A stretch of DNA of 64,000 bases, taken from the NCBI GenBank assembly GCA_964035545.1, contig OZ037765.1:11666698-11730697 (forward strand), in the 5' to 3' direction. Below, in pieces: positions 13,110 through 28,584 of the stretch. Positions within the stretch are counted from its first letter, which is position 1. Every line of letters starts with the position of its first letter. The notes beneath the pieces are model-generated. The model was not told where the DNA came from and made no database searches. It saw only the letters and a list, made by a program, of their open reading frames with translations. A program made the position numbers and the translations under genes. The DNA is from Bugula neritina (taxonomy: Eukaryota > Animalia > Bryozoa).

Positions 13110-16100
13110 CCCTAGAGTCCTCACAGCATCCCTACCCCTTTCTCACATGCTAGAGCTAAGTCTTACTCCCTCCCAGTACTTGCTATTAACACTATTCTGA
13201 GATGGAAAATGACTCTGTTGAAGGCTAGTTTTAAAGAATTTAAAAAGCTTGACAGTTTTTAAGAATAAATTGTACTTTTATTGCAAAGTTGAACTAGTAA
13301 AAACACTCTTTGAGGATATGTTTAATGTGAACAAACAGAAAGAATGTGTTTTATTTTTATTGTTGACTATTTTTCTACAAATTATTAATAATCTGTGCAT
13401 GTTCCATTAGCTCACTTGTTTTGTAAATCCACTGTTCTATCATTACATTGGGAGTTATAATTATAGTTTTGCTTGTGGTTTTAGTGGAAGGCTAATGCTG
13501 AAAAAATTAGTACCTTCTGTCGTGTAGATTAGGGTGGAGCTGCCTGGAGTATATGCCATATTAAATACACTCTATACTAGCATAATTTACTCTATTATTA
13601 TGATAAAGCACTAAACTTGTAAATCAGATGAATGCTGAAGTAGCCTGGCAAAAAATATTAGTGATTTTTTTCCTCATCTTATTACTAGATTTAATTAAAA
13701 AAGAATATGTTTATAAACAAATGATCACAGAGCTTATGAATGTTTATATTATCACAGTTTAAAATCCCGAGGAGTTACGTCTACGTCTGCATATGCATGC
13801 TATGCAGTCTGCATTTGCTCTCAAATTATTCTTCACTACTGACGTCATGCATTCAGGTTGTGTCATTTTTCAAGCTTTGCCATTGTAAGACTAATAATTT
13901 GAAATATTAGTAAAATAAGGTATTTTGATCGTCACTTGAATGAACTATGGATAATGAAAATGTTTTAACTCATTTATGCTGGTAGTAGACAACTCTCTTC
14001 AATTAATTTCTCAATACAAATTATCTGAGTTGCAGTGACATGATTACAGTTGTCCTTCCTGAGTTGTTAATATATGTTTAAATAATTACACTAAACCGAA
14101 TGCAGCCATTGTCTTTGCTCTAGTATTAGCTACAGCCATGCTACCTGTTTTCTTGCCTTTTTATTTTCTCCTCAGCCTCTTCTTTTCTGATCTGTCACCA
14201 ATTAATTTAGACAGACTTAAAGTTTTGCTTAAGATTCTAATAGGTGTCTATACATCTTTATCGTATCGTAGAGTATCTTCAACAGTAAATACAGCTTTGA
14301 CACCGGACCGATTTTTCATACTTTTTGAAATGCTTGTCAGGTAATCTATGGTGTGAAACATACATTGCAATTGAGAATGGTAGACCAGGAGTTGTATGCT
14401 CTCATCTATGCATTATGACATCGGTTGAAAATCTTGCTATATTACTCACCAATAAACTATATACATCTACAAGTTTTGCTTTAAAAAGACACTGAATGTC
14501 TATGACCCTATTTACTTGTGAATAAGTTTAGACCAGAACTTTGTGGCACCATTATAATATTAAAAAATATAAGTTCATAACTACAGACATGCTTGTTGTT
14601 TTCATAGAATATTTGTAAAATAGATGGTTAGAGGTTTAGTCAATTAATAGATACCCGTGGGTTTAGCAATTTTTGTCATACTTTTTATTTCTAAAAGGGT
14701 TTATCAAAGTTGTTTATTGCAAGCCATTTTAGTAAAAGTACATTTAGTTGTTTAACTCACATAAACTGCTTTCAAAATTGATTGTGGTCATTACAAATGA
14801 CTGTTTTTGCCAGAGCAAACCCATGAAAAAAGTTAATGCAAAATTAGCTTCTGGCTTCTCTGTAAAACAGTTATTAATCAAGTGAGCTCTTGTTTCAAGT
14901 TAATGAAGTTATTGCTCAACCAAACCGTCTCTGCCTACGCCCAATAGCCTTCTTCCATCTAAATGGAGGCAACAAGTTAAAGCTGTGCCAAGTGAGACAA
15001 AGTGATAGTGAGGTGCAGCAACTATTTAAGCTCCTACATTGACTAACATAATTAGTAGAGCTCCTCTATAGTAAATATTTTCAAGTCACAAGTATTTCAG
15101 CAATCGATACCACTTTGCTGTCAACTACAGCCAGGCCAATGACAATAACAAATTGTCAATAACCATTACTGTATCCTCACTTACACACAGCTATGTGATG
15201 TGTACTAAACTTGTTTGCAAACATTCTTCTTGGCTATTCACTTAGCTATTAAATCCAATAAAGTGTTCAATGAATTGTAGGCTTAGACAAAAATCTTTTT
15301 CTCATGCTCATTGTGTGTCATTATTGTGCTGATGTCAACAATGAGAACAAAAGCTAGTCTATGTGAAGAGACTGTATTAATAGGCTCTCGGCACTAAGAT
15401 AACAGTGTGTGCACAATCACACTCCACTACTTCAACTATTTACACAATTACCTTCAACACTTTCAGCACCAAAGTTTGAGTCACATATCAAAGTGAATTT
15501 GAATATATTACCAATTGATTATACAAATATAAAGTGTTATAAGTGGGAGTGATGAGTCGTTCCTCTTGGACATCTCGATCACTATAACATGCAGTACTGG
15601 AAAAGTTTGTAGTTATTTAGCCTTCGTATGCCCTTAAAGGCTAAAAATAGGGACTTTTTCGCGATCGACCCTGGAGTTCTATTCATTGGTAAGTAAGAAC
15701 TTTCGATAATTTTCAACTCAACTTTTCGGAAGGAAGTGCATTCTTTTTTAACCGTTGAATAGCCTCCATGTGCTACGCTGCTAACCGTCTCCGAGTCGAT
15801 TGTATAAAATTGGAAAAGCTTGCTGTCCTAATGACATGTTATTATTGGTTCATTTTGATTTGCTTGGCTGATTCGCAGGTGTTTTTGTCTTAACATGGAG
15901 CTCATCATTTCATTGAATTAGTAAGTGAACGTGGTCATAATCCGCATAGTTGATTAACTTGAAGTTGATAGAGCTGTTGGTTGAACTTAAGTTAATAGTC
16001 ACCTTAAAGTTGATATTTTACGGCACTGGAATGGGTGGAAGGTCCGACATCAGCGATCATTGCTGAGGTAAATAAGCTCTAAATGTTACTTATAGTTATT

Positions 16101-18908
16101 ATGTAGCTAAATTGAGAAGATTGGAACCTTGTCCAAATGACAATCTAAGTAGTAACTGTAAGTGTAAGTCACTAAGTGTTAGTGTAAGTAGTAGATACTA
16201 TTACTATCAGTATTTTGCTATACCAAGACTAGTAAACTAGTATTAAATTTACGTAACAAAGTTCAAGTTGAAATGGTAGGCAACCAAAGTGAGTCTAGAT
16301 CAGTAGATGAGAAATGTACCAAGTCTTGTAGTTGTATACTATAGCTTTTAAAGTTGAACCATGCCCTAATGCTGTAATACTAATAATAATACCAATAGAC
16401 AGAGTGATATAGTGGTTAAACACGTTGAAGTTTCATGCCACAATACACTTGCAGCTTGAGCTTACATTTCAATTTTAAAGTTTTTATCCTGTGGTACAGT
16501 GTTAGGGGGAGGAGAACCAGTGACTGTGAGACTGTCATTTTGATTACATGACTATACTAATACACACTTTTAGGATTAGGATGCCTTGTAGAAGCTTCTT
16601 TTACCAATATTCACCGCCAGTCTGCTGTATTAGCTGAACTATTTAATTTTCACTTTTGTGGAGATAAATGTGGCTTTAATGATTAGTTTTTAATTTCAAT
16701 GTTAACTAAATATTTTGTTCTTAGTACTCTTTATAGTTGACTGCCATTTAAAAGGATCACAATAATGGTTGGAATGTTCACTAACATCCTTGGGTTTTGT
16801 TGTTTATTAGTGAAACCCCTTACATGGTTAAAATACCAGCTGCGATTTCCAACAGCGTATTTTGAGCAAGTTAAATATGTTAAATGGAAATTACAATAAA
16901 TGTTTAACTACTTCAAACTAACATTTAAAAGCCTAGGGTTTACCCGATTTTCTCTACCAGCATTTTTCAAGACTTTTCAAGTTGAGCAATGATGACCTAA
17001 GATTGACTTGATGAGTAATGGCTACCAAAGTCACTGAAGCAGTATCCAATTACATGACATGTTTATAAGACAAATTAATAATAGTTTGCTGCATGGGTTT
17101 GCCTACACAAGAGTTTATAATTTGCTAGAATCCTTTTTTTACCTCGCCAGAATTTGCCAGAATTTGCCATAGCTGACGGCTAAATATAGCCTGTGTTCTA
17201 AAGATGAACAGCTTGGTATTCATGTGGACTCTGCACCAAAATTAAGCTAACATGTAGTAAAGAACTTGGCTACTACTTTTAAATGACTTCAAATGTCAAG
17301 CAGAGACTGAAAAATCTTGTGCTTTCTACAGCAGAATAATCACCAAAAACTCATGGTGGCAATGAGTGTTGATCAGTTTTACTATTGAGTTTATTTATTT
17401 GAATAAAGAGCAGTATTTTGCCTTCTTGTCAAGGATATAGTTGACCATAGACTATTTATTCTCTGCTAGTTATTATATAACTGTAACTTCTTGGACTCAA
17501 CTTAGTCTAGATCTGTTGTTTTTTTTTCACAGCAGCTTCAGCCCTAGGCTCAGTAAACTAATATTCAAAGTTGTTTTTGATACGGGATAAGATTATGATA
17601 CAAGCGAGCCTGTTTTCCATCAGCTGAGATAACTTGGCACTTTACAAAGCTGCCTTGCATTACAAATTTCATTGTATTGTTGGCAATGAACAGCAGATGC
17701 TGTGCAGTATTTTTTTAGTGCCTTCGTAGATTGCAGTTTTCATTCATTGACTGCAGACTTCTCTTCGAGATTTATCGGCTGGCTTTTTGTTTATTTGTCA
17801 AGTGAAAATAAGACGGCCAGCCCCGGTGCATTGTTAAAGCCTGTAATTAGAAAATTTAGTTTTATTTGGCTTTGAATGCAGTTAGAGATCTTATTTTCAT
17901 TGCATTATAGACTTTATATACAAGCTTATGGTGCATAGCTTATCCCCATTCAGCAGCAACAATGATCCAGTGAATAAACCTAGTGTAATGGTTTGCTTGA
18001 GTAATATATTGGGAGACCTGCATTCTACTGACATTCAATCAATTGGGGTCAGGCTTGTAGGGTTACTTGTTCACTGCCGTCAGTAGCTGTCAAGATCTAT
18101 CTACTTTTACATTTACCAGTCAAGTGACACGAACTAAATATTCAGTTTAACTACCAACACATGGTCTATTCTGCCTGGTTGATAACTTATACTTTGATGA
18201 CAATGATAAATGTAAGTCTAAGTTATTCATTTGGACATAACTTATAGGTGATAATTTTATGATTTAGTAAGTAGATATTTCATAGGAATTTCGATGTGGT
18301 GGTGATGCTGTATGTTATTTCATTATTATGCATACATGTGAATATAGTAGAGGTAACTTCTGCATTGCTATGGGCGTGTTGAGCTGTGTTCTAATAGTGT
18401 TATACTTTCTGTATAAATTATACTAGGTGAGCTGTAAGAGTGCTGAAACTGCTGCTGGGCCGATAGTTGCCTTCTGAGGCCATACTACTGGTGGTTAACA
18501 TTTCACTGTTAAAAGGTCACTAGAAGCCACATTAAGTCACCATCAATGTTTATACTTGCTAAGGCAATGTTATGGTGTTATCACAACCTTACATTAGTGA
18601 CTCTCTAATAACACACAGCCAGCAAGTCAGTCGATTTGCACTCGGCTAGGCAGACATGCTCATTAACAACGCCCTACCTATGTTTTATAAACCTCACTAA
18701 GCTGCATTTCAGCCTACAACTTCTTTTCTGCACCAGTAAGCAAAATTGAAAAGCTTATCAAATCATAATAATCTCCACTTCTGACATTCCTGTCATTTTA
18801 ATGTCTATTTCATGTTTTTGTGGTTTACCAGTAAATAGTCAATAACTATTAGATTCAGTTCTTTCACTGCTACTTTACCAATTTATACTAATGTGATGTT
18901 TATTGTAG

Positions 18909-21900
18909 CAGTCAGATCTCATAGCTGTGGTAACATTCAAAAAGAACTTTCTCTACCTCCAACCTCTCTAAGATTGGAGGCCGGTGCTGTAGAACACACC
19001 AGTGCATCACCCACTCTCACCCCACCACTTGCATCTGCCGATACCCCACTGCATCACACATCTCCCAAACTCAATAACCACTTCCCTAAGAAGTTACATA
19101 CTCATTCTTCATCTGCCTTGACTGGCTCAAAGCTAGTTGATGGAGCTTTCAGCAGCAATACGTTGCAGCGCGTGATAGCAGGTGACATAGCTGAGCCCAG
19201 GGCGCCAGTTGCCACAGCAGAAGCAGATTCACCAGACTTGGAACAAGTGGATCTTGTGGAGGCGTCCTCAACTTACAGCTCCGACTCTTTTGATGAGGCT
19301 AAAAAGCCAAAACTTCAGCACTCACAGCCATCTACAAATAGTGACTCAACGGTTAGTTTATGGTTCTCTAGATGTGGATAACTTAGCAAAACATACCTTG
19401 CTAGATTACTAAAGCATTAGTTTATTAGCTGCAATTTAAATTTAAGTTGCTCACAATGCAATGTCAAGTGGGAGGTGGGTGTAGCATGCATTTTAGCTAC
19501 AGCCTAACTAATTTGTGAACTGGAGTTTTTCAATGGGCTGTGTTGGCATCTTTGAATTTCCACTATTAAACAGCCAAGGAATTCAGTACAATAGTTAAAA
19601 GTGTGAAGCTTTACAATGGTGATAGATTCTTATCTTTTATTAATGAACTTGGGGCAAGTGCTTTATCTAAGACACATAAATTACTTTTGTGTAATCAAGC
19701 AAATAATTTTTCAGGGCTGTGAGGTTAAAGGAAATGTGAAAAACAACAGTCAAGTAAAATTTTTGCCTGCATATAAAGATATAAGTGTTCAGAAAATGAT
19801 GGAAGACCAATCACCAAGAGCTGTGTGGCACCACAGTAGTAGAACTGTGCACAGATCACAGTCAACAAGGACTAGAAGTCCCCACACCCCTAGCCCCTAT
19901 TACTACAACAACACTGGTACAAACAGCAGGTTGATGGCAGGTGGCAGCAATACTATGAGCAGCAGCAATGTCCATGTTCCACACGGTAGAATATACACAC
20001 CTTCACCTCAACAATTTAGACCATTCAATACTCTTAGTCGAAGCCGTCCTAGCAATGGAAGTATTCGTGTCAATGATGGCACCCATCCCAGGATGCCCAT
20101 GAGGGCGATGCAGCCACAAACTTATCACGGCATCCCAGTGCACCTGCAGGCACATGCTCAGAGGCACACCTCCCCAACAAATTATGACAACAACTATGGG
20201 ACTGTGAGACGAAACCTGCTCAATTCTCAGTCACCCTCTCAGCCTATGAACTACCACCACAAGGCCCAGTCTCACGGCGATATGAGAGCTCACAGAGGGA
20301 GACTTTACAGTGACAATTCTTCTCCTTCCCACCAGCAGGTTGACAGGCACCCACAGGTGTCTACAAGTATTAGAAACTCTAATAGTGAGCCGGATATTGA
20401 ACAAGCCCAGCCAAAGCAGCGACAAATGGGCAGAGCTTATAGAAATAGGATGCATAATGCAGGGAACTATGCCATACCTTCCGGGACTTATGTTGCATCC
20501 AGCAGCATGACTAATATTCCCCAGTTTGCCCAGCTGATGCCTCCAACGCTGGCGTCACCCTCCAGATCAGACTCCTTTGGAACTGTTCAGAGACCACACG
20601 CGCTGTCACTGTCTCCGGACCTTCCCACAGACAGACATAAACACAACTCCCAGAACAGTGCTTACAGCTCACAGTTCAGCTCCTATGAAGATGTGTTCAA
20701 TGACTCATCTCTAACTCGTACTAGAGGGAGCACAACTCCAACTTCTCCTGTCGGCAGACAACCTTCCTATCTGACAGCCATGAACTCTCCATTAAAACAT
20801 CGTAAGATTACCAACAGTGTTTATACTTTCTATTCAATGAGGTTTTCTAGCCAGTTCTCAACCTTTAATTTCTTTCCTAATAATAATAGTAATAGCTTGC
20901 ACCTGGAATGCAACCTATTAACAATCTTACTGTTTTTATGATTTGGTTGTGCAATCCTTTTGGTAAAAAATTGTTCATCAAATTGGTGCTAGTTTAACAG
21001 AAAAACTTGCGTGGATTATTGCCCAAGAATTGCCTACTCAAAAAAGTGGACAACTTACCATATCTGTTTTGTGATGAGTAATGGTACATGAAATCATGCC
21101 GATCCTATTTACAAACCAACAACACCATGCTGTATTGCTCTTATATTGGTCAGCTCATTGGCAGCATTCTGATCAGATATTTGATGTGTAAAGCTACACT
21201 AACATTTTCAATGTTATCTTCGAATAGATCAACTATAATGCTTGCATTCCTCACTATGAGTAGTACAGTTCAACAGCTGAGTTTTAAAGCCTTACTGCTT
21301 ATGGTTATCATTATTTGTTTATTAACATTTTTATCTTCTAGGAGGCTTTCTAAGTCCCAGAGAGAAAAATGGTGACTTGAATTATGCTGACGGGCAAGTT
21401 GTGTTTAGAAACAAGCATGGTGACCTATCAGGTAAACACACTATCAGTTTGATTACAATTTTCTCAGTCATGATTATTAGTGGTTTTAACAACTTGTAAC
21501 TTTTAGAGAATAATAAGTCATACCTTTAGAGTATAATTAGGAGCACTTTTTATCCTTTATGATATTGTAGCCATGGTCTAGATTCTAGAATCTAGATTGA
21601 AAGTAATAATGTACTTTTAGGAATTGGAATGGTAAATAAAACTTGAAATTTTCCGGTGAAATTTATAATTAGTCATAAAGACTTTACTTGACGTTTTGTG
21701 GTAATTCTACCATAACAAAAATTCCTCGAAAAGAATTGCTTTTAATTTTCAAAACCAGACAAATGTGAAAACTCAAACTAATTATATTGGTTACAGCTTG
21801 GAAAATCAACTTTCATGACTTGTCAGGCTTATGGAAGCCATTTGCAACTTATTTCAGTGATTTAGGAGTTATCTCTCTCATTGTTGGTGTTTTTATTGCT

Positions 21901-24900
21901 AGAAGATGAGAATCAGAAGAAAATTTTAAGACGAACTTCATACCTAATGGCTACATCCAAGCCAGAATTCAATGTGGAGGACGGAACTAGAACAGCGTAA
22001 GCATACAGCTGCTGTCAGCAGTGAATATTGTCTTGAATGTGCAGATAGCTTATTGGGGCAACTTCTTGTTGACTGACTTTAAAAAAATTATAAAATGTAT
22101 CTCATTTTTTCAGTCAAAAGTCGAGAAAATTGAAACGGTTCTTTGGTGAAGGCAGCCCAGCTATAAAAGAGGCCCAAGAAAAAGCCATATATGGCCAGCC
22201 CGACTCTTTTACTCTTCCTGATCATTTGGATGTCCAGAAAACAGGCATCTTAGCTGTTAAGATAGTTAGTATTGAAGGCAAGAAGTCCCCCTCCAGGTCG
22301 TGGCGAGGCATGGGTGCTGTTCTGAGTAGAGATATGCTTTACCTGGTTAGAGACAAAAAAGAAAATGCTACTATGGTAAATATGTATTGGTGACATCATC
22401 TTGAATTTCCTGTGTTGATACATTGTTGATGGCTTATTCATATAAAAAATACCAATTCTATCCCACTAAACATAACTATTCTGGGGGTTGTTTGTCATTG
22501 TGTAACACATTCTGAGTATCTATAACATAACATACTCAATTAAACCTAATGATGCACCCAATCGATTTTAATGTGTTTCAACGTCTTTAGGAACATGAGT
22601 TGGTTTAATGTTTTTGGATGCTGTCATGTATTTTGGTAAAATTACTCTGATGATCTTGTTGAAATATACAAGTCAAAGGTTTAGATTAATATAACTGCTA
22701 TTAGAATTATTTGCTGTACAACTTGGCCTGTACTAATGAATTTGAAAATTACCCAGTTTCACATCATATACTCTCTCATCTAAACTGCCTGATAGTTTAT
22801 TCAATAGGTAACATTTGCTTAAAAAACAAGTTATCTATTTAATATAACCTTCTAATAAACTATGACTCATCAGTGTTATTCTATGCCTGGCAGCGCTATG
22901 AGGTCATGGAAAGTTCTATAAGTTAATGAGATATCATCAATCCTGTTCACATGATGTTTGTATGCTACAGTACTAAGCTGAGACACTGTTTATTAGAAGA
23001 AAATGTGTAATAGTTATTGCATTGAAGGTTAATGTTTTATTGTTGTGCAGCTCACTACACAGTCTGGATCTTTGAGCATCGATGAGAAGCCCATCAACAT
23101 CATAGCTTGCTTTGTGGCCATAGCACATTCATACACCAAAAAACGACATGTCTTCAAATTACGGACTTCGACTGCTTCTGAGTATCTCTTTCAAGCGGAA
23201 GATGATGATGACATGGTGGACTGGGTCAAGGCCATAGAGGCAAACCGGCACCCTGATAAAGAGGTAATTAGCTGAAGTCAAATGCTGATTATTCAGTGAA
23301 AGCATTCTAGTTATGGTAGCTTCAAATTACCTTCTGCTTGCTTAGTATTTCATTTTACCTGTTGCGTTGCTAATACTAGGATTCAAAATGCAAGACCAAG
23401 TTACTGCCTACCCATATAATTGGCTGTAATATGACATATTGTATTACTATGCTAGATGGAGAATCAACTATCTAACCAATAGCAAGGCCGAATGCAATCT
23501 GCAGAAAGTCCTAATAACCCAATTTTCAATAAGCTAAACAAAATCAGGACATTAATTATCTGTGCAAAATTATTAATAGTTCCATCTGGTATCTGCATGT
23601 ATACTGTGGGTCACCTATCAATCTTATCACCCTTATTGTTTCTATGGAGGTCAGCCTTTACCATAATTACTAAATGCAGAATACATTGTGCAAACAATAT
23701 GCAAAGTAGCTTTGCTTTTTCAATGTCTACTAACTGGATGCAAGCATTCAGCAATGAGTTAGTACTATTTTTCACCATCAGATTTGTAATGAATTGAAAT
23801 ATTAATTTTATATATTTGCAATTTAAATGAATAATCATTTCACTCTTTGCTGGGGAAATGTTCGCTTCCAGTGCATGTAATTTTTGGGCTAGACTTTACT
23901 GTTGTTTCACTTTTTTTTGCATGCAATCTACAGAGATCTTCTGGGATAAAGGTAGTATTGCTTACTCTGTTGTTTAGTGTTCATGGACATGTTGGCATTA
24001 CAATGACGTGCAATCCTGCATGCATAGCATTTAGTTAGTGATGATAGCTACCCTCTCTTCCTTTCACCCATGCCTACTACCTCTTTAATAAGTAGAGGAG
24101 CTTCTTGATTACACCTTTTCTGTTTAAATGAATTGCTATTCTGAATTGGGGTACTTTGGTATTTGTCTATAGCTTTTGTCATGGCAGCTGAAATGTACGA
24201 TGCTTGGCTAGTATTTCTTGTGCTCATTTTATATAATGTTGATTCCTGTTTTTGCTTATCCAACCCCTAGACTTTGCAACCTTTTGTAGTTTGGAATGAC
24301 CCTAAGGTAGACCAAGATTTCAGAGTGCTGTCTTTTGTAGTTGATTTAGAATTTTATGCGCATGATTGGTGGTGGGTGATATTTTCTGTAGCTACATTTG
24401 AGCGAAGGACAGGTGTTGAATAATTAATGTTTGACTTTTAGTCTGAGCAACTGAGCAGTGCAGATCTAGTAAAGAGAATTAATGATCAACAACAAAAACT
24501 CAACCAATCTAAAAAGAGGACTCTGGGTAGCCTGTCATTTAAATCCAAACAGCCACACTCTTCGCCCAAAACCAGTGGTAAGTATTCTGCGGATAGATAA
24601 TGCAAATCTGTGGATGTGCATTTATTTGTCTCCTTGTTACTTGCAAAAAAGATAATTCATTAGGACATAAATCAAATTGAACGTTTCTATTTTGGAAAAT
24701 ATTGCAAAAACTGAGTTATTTAGTTGTGCCTGTTGACCATCACATAGCCGTCACTTATTTAGACTCACTGAAAAAGGATGATAAGGACAAAAAGAAAAAG
24801 TTTGGACAAGGCAAGTTTTCACCAGGTGAATACAACTCTGAGCCAGCGTCTGGAGATTTCGGCATTCCCATTCACGAGTGTACTCCGTCTCATGAGAATG

Positions 24901-27900
24901 AGTTTATTCCCTTAGTAGTCGAGTTGTGCACCAAGGCTATAGAAGACAGAGGATTAGAATTTGTAGGCATATACAGAGTTCCTGGGAACAAGGCTGCTGT
25001 GGAGCTTCTCAAAAAGGAACTCAATCAGGTATTACACGTTAACAAATGTTTTTTATTTTTATACGCGTAATAAAGTTTACTTTATTGATTATTTTACATG
25101 AACGATAGGTATAAGAGGGGGTGAAATTGCACTGCACATCAATTGTTACCAGAGGTAGAGCAGTGGTAAATACTAAAAAGAAGGACAAAGACAAATTGCT
25201 TAGTGCTTATGTAAAATGAATAATTTACATACTGATTACTATTTTGTTTTGCTAACATTGAACTACAGTCTATTTGAAGATGTATAATCTTATAAATGAA
25301 TATAATATTCTAACTTAAAACACTGTGAGAAACGCCCATGTAGCTCTATAATAAAATAGTTTTTCTTGTTTCACCATTGACCTTAAATTGAACAATGATT
25401 TATTCATAGATAATAGTTTTATCACTTAAGCACATTCTACAGCTTAGTTATGTGCTGCAGAGACATTTTGGCAGTTGCCAAACTTTCAATATTTATTACT
25501 GTGAAATAAGATTCACATATAAATAATGAAAAGCCTTTAATCCAATTGAATTTATTAAATAAATTAAATTCTATGGAACGAATTTGGAAAATTTCACTCC
25601 TTACAATTTTTCTTCTTAAATAAATGCTCAAAATTTTTAGATAGTGCATCAATACTGGTTGATATTTGTTTTAGGGCATTATTGACCTAGAAAATGACAG
25701 ATGGAGAGACGTTAACGTTTTAAGCAGCTTATTGAAAACATTTTTCCGCCGACTTCCAGAGTCACTTGTAACTGCAAAAAAATACAAGGAATTTATAGAA
25801 ACCAACAAGCTGACGGATTCTAAAGCTCGGCTCTTTGCTTTGAAAAAACTTCTTGCCTCATTGCCTGAGTATAACTTTGAAACTCTGAAATATTTAGCTA
25901 TTCATTTAAGAAAAGTAGCTGAACATGGAGAATTAAACAAGGTAACATAGTCTAGTATATATTTAGTTATGCACACCATTGAAGATGGTGTCAGCTATCT
26001 TGCTATGTGGTTTTTGTCAGTATTTATAATCTTGTCATTCATCATAGTTAAATGCATGTTATGCAGTTTCTGGTTATACTTTTAAAGATGGACACAAGGA
26101 ATCTTGCCATAATATTTGGGCCAACAATAATCAGATCTGGGGATGCAAGTTCTGATGATGTCAGGGAATTGATAGCGGACATGTCCGACCAATGTAGAAT
26201 TATGGAGACTATGATCATATATCATGAATGGATATTTTCTGCTACTGACTCTGAACCTCCAGCTTTAGACGAAGCTGACATAACTGCCTCATGTGCTCCT
26301 ATCAGCGAAACAATAAACAACATGAGTGCTGATATCGCATTAATCACAAATGACAGTAAGCTAGTAATTCTAAATTGGTAATATGTATAAATACAGGATT
26401 AGAAAAAATAGAAGTTGATTAATTTACTGCTCTAATTCATCAATGTTGTGTTCTTTAATTGATCCTTATCTGGTTTAGTTTACATATACTTCCTAAAATC
26501 ATTAATTTGATTGTTATATTACAGAAAAGAAAAGTGGCTCTCAGCTGATGTCGGCCTTTTCCAATGCAGCCAACAGAAATATTAGCAAACCTTTAATGCC
26601 TTCTGATTCTGTTCTTCCAAACAAGCCAGAGCAGGATGATGAGCATGGATTTCGGAGCCAAACTCTTCAACAAGAGGCATGTTGTACTCATATGGTTATA
26701 ACTTGTACAGTTTTGAAGCTACCTACTTGAAAGGCTGACTTCTCATTATTTAGTATTGAATTACTTGTCTAATGATTTTCGTAGTTCTTCCAACATCTAA
26801 ATATGTTTAGAGCTTTAAAAACATTGAGGAAAAAATTGATTTTTTTCATGGAATGCAATTTTCCATGCCACCATCTACAAGATCATATCCAGATGCATTA
26901 TCTTTACAGTATATGTTTACCTAGCATATGCTCCTCCAATCACATACCTGAGCTCTTTCACTAGTCAGCTAAAATCACTCCGATGAGTGGCATGTAATTT
27001 ATTTTATAAAAGCTATAAAACAATGTATCGAACTATTGAATTTCAATAAATTTACAGCCATGGAAATGGTACCAAATACTTTAAAGTATATAAATTTTTG
27101 TTAATGGAGACACTGAATATATTTTTCACATTTTTAATATGTAACTTTATTCTATTTTCTAGGTTGCTGCTCGAAACCAGAAGCTTATGGAGGTAAGAGT
27201 AGAGAAATCTAGAGAAGCGTGGCGTGTGTCCCAAGAAGCTCAACCTGCCACAATAGCCGATCAATTAGGTAATGAGGTTTACATGCATCATCCCAACTTA
27301 CACAGATGGCAATCTGAAGAATCAGTGTTAGCAACTGGTGACCACCATAGGGTAACACACAACTTTTATCCTTACCATGCAGAGTATAAACAGATGTCAA
27401 CATCTGATAGACAATCTAATAATGGTACTCCACCTCCTCCCATTCCAGCTCGAGGTGCTACCTCGAAACCTCCACTTCCTCCCAAACCGATGCAGCTTTA
27501 TCATGCAACACCAACCCATATAGAAGAGGACAATCTCCCTAACAAGTTCTATGAAAATTATGAGCACTTGCAGTTAGAAATGCAACCAGCAAAACAGCCC
27601 AGGACACTGCGTATAATACATAATCAATTGAAGGGTCCTAGCTTCCGAAGAGGTTCGTTGGACTCTATGATGGATAACCTCGAGTCATTCCAAAACTATT
27701 CCTCAAGTTCTAGCACAGAATCACATGATGGTTCAGATCTTCTATCTAGTTTGACCACCACATTTGACCAAAAACTTAAGTTATTAGTTGATCCGAAGTA
27801 TTGTACAGATAGCCAAGGTAACAGGAGGCTAAAAACTAATAGTGACAGCTCCAGTGTTAGTAGCAGTGCTTGGAGTCATCGAGACCCAGTCTCACATCAA

Positions 27901-28584
27901 CCGTACAACAGTGTATCCGATCAAAGCCGGGAAAGTCTGCTGAGCATTCTCAGTAATAAAGAGAATATGCATGGCTGCGAGTCATTTTCTTCTAATCAAG
28001 ATTTCGAACCTGGTTATTCTGGGTCTGCTTCCAGTTTAGGGAGCCTACCTCATCGCCATGAGGCTAAAATAGGCATAGCCTCTAGAATAGAGCGGAAAGA
28101 TATCAAACCTTTGGTTTATGCACCTGTATACAATTCATCCGTTACTAGAGTAGTTAATGCAACAGGTAGTGTAATCTCTAACAATCAGAGTAATGTGGAA
28201 GATTTAAATAGTGAAGAAGACAAAGATTATGCTAACAATAATGCAATAGATTATCATGGCGCGCCTTATAAGCACCGTAAAATAAGTCAAGAAAAGAAGC
28301 GAATTCGGCGTCGACATACTGTGGGTGCAGCAGATTTTAATAACTCATTAGTTAGCCATAAGCAAACTGATGCTAGCCCTCTTACTCCGCAGGAAAGTCT
28401 CTCAGCTTGGCAAAGGTTGCAGCCTGGTGGTGGTATGGAACCATTGGGTTTCAAAGGCTGGATTGCTAAAGAAAGGTGTCGAGCAAGTTCACCAGAGTTA
28501 CATAGTCATGTGACACCCAATATTATGCATATACATAAAGTGGACCAATCTTTAGTCAACTCTCTTTTAGGATCACATATGTAA
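18909..28584 (+). CDS. ARHGAP21: Rho GTPase-activating protein 21/23-like (PH + RhoGAP), 3' portion; N-terminal PDZ exons not identified in window
   Basis: Phase-consistent exons: 18909-19351, 19715-20801, 21342-21431, 21903-21996, 22114-22375, 23051-23263, 24442-24577, 24763-25028, 25675-25941, 26088-26355, 26525-26676 (GC donor inferred), 27163-28584 (TAA). Motifs: RRTSYLMAT; PH domain (KTGILAVK..SWRGMGAVL..YTKKRHVFKLRT..EYLFQAEDDDDMVDWVKAI); RhoGAP with arginine finger GIYRVPGN, SSLLKTFFRRLPESL, NKMDTRNLAIIFGPTI; C-terminal RRRHT and WIAKER..SSPEL as recalled for ARHGAP21/23. Probably co-orthologous to both vertebrate genes. Confidence 0.9.
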
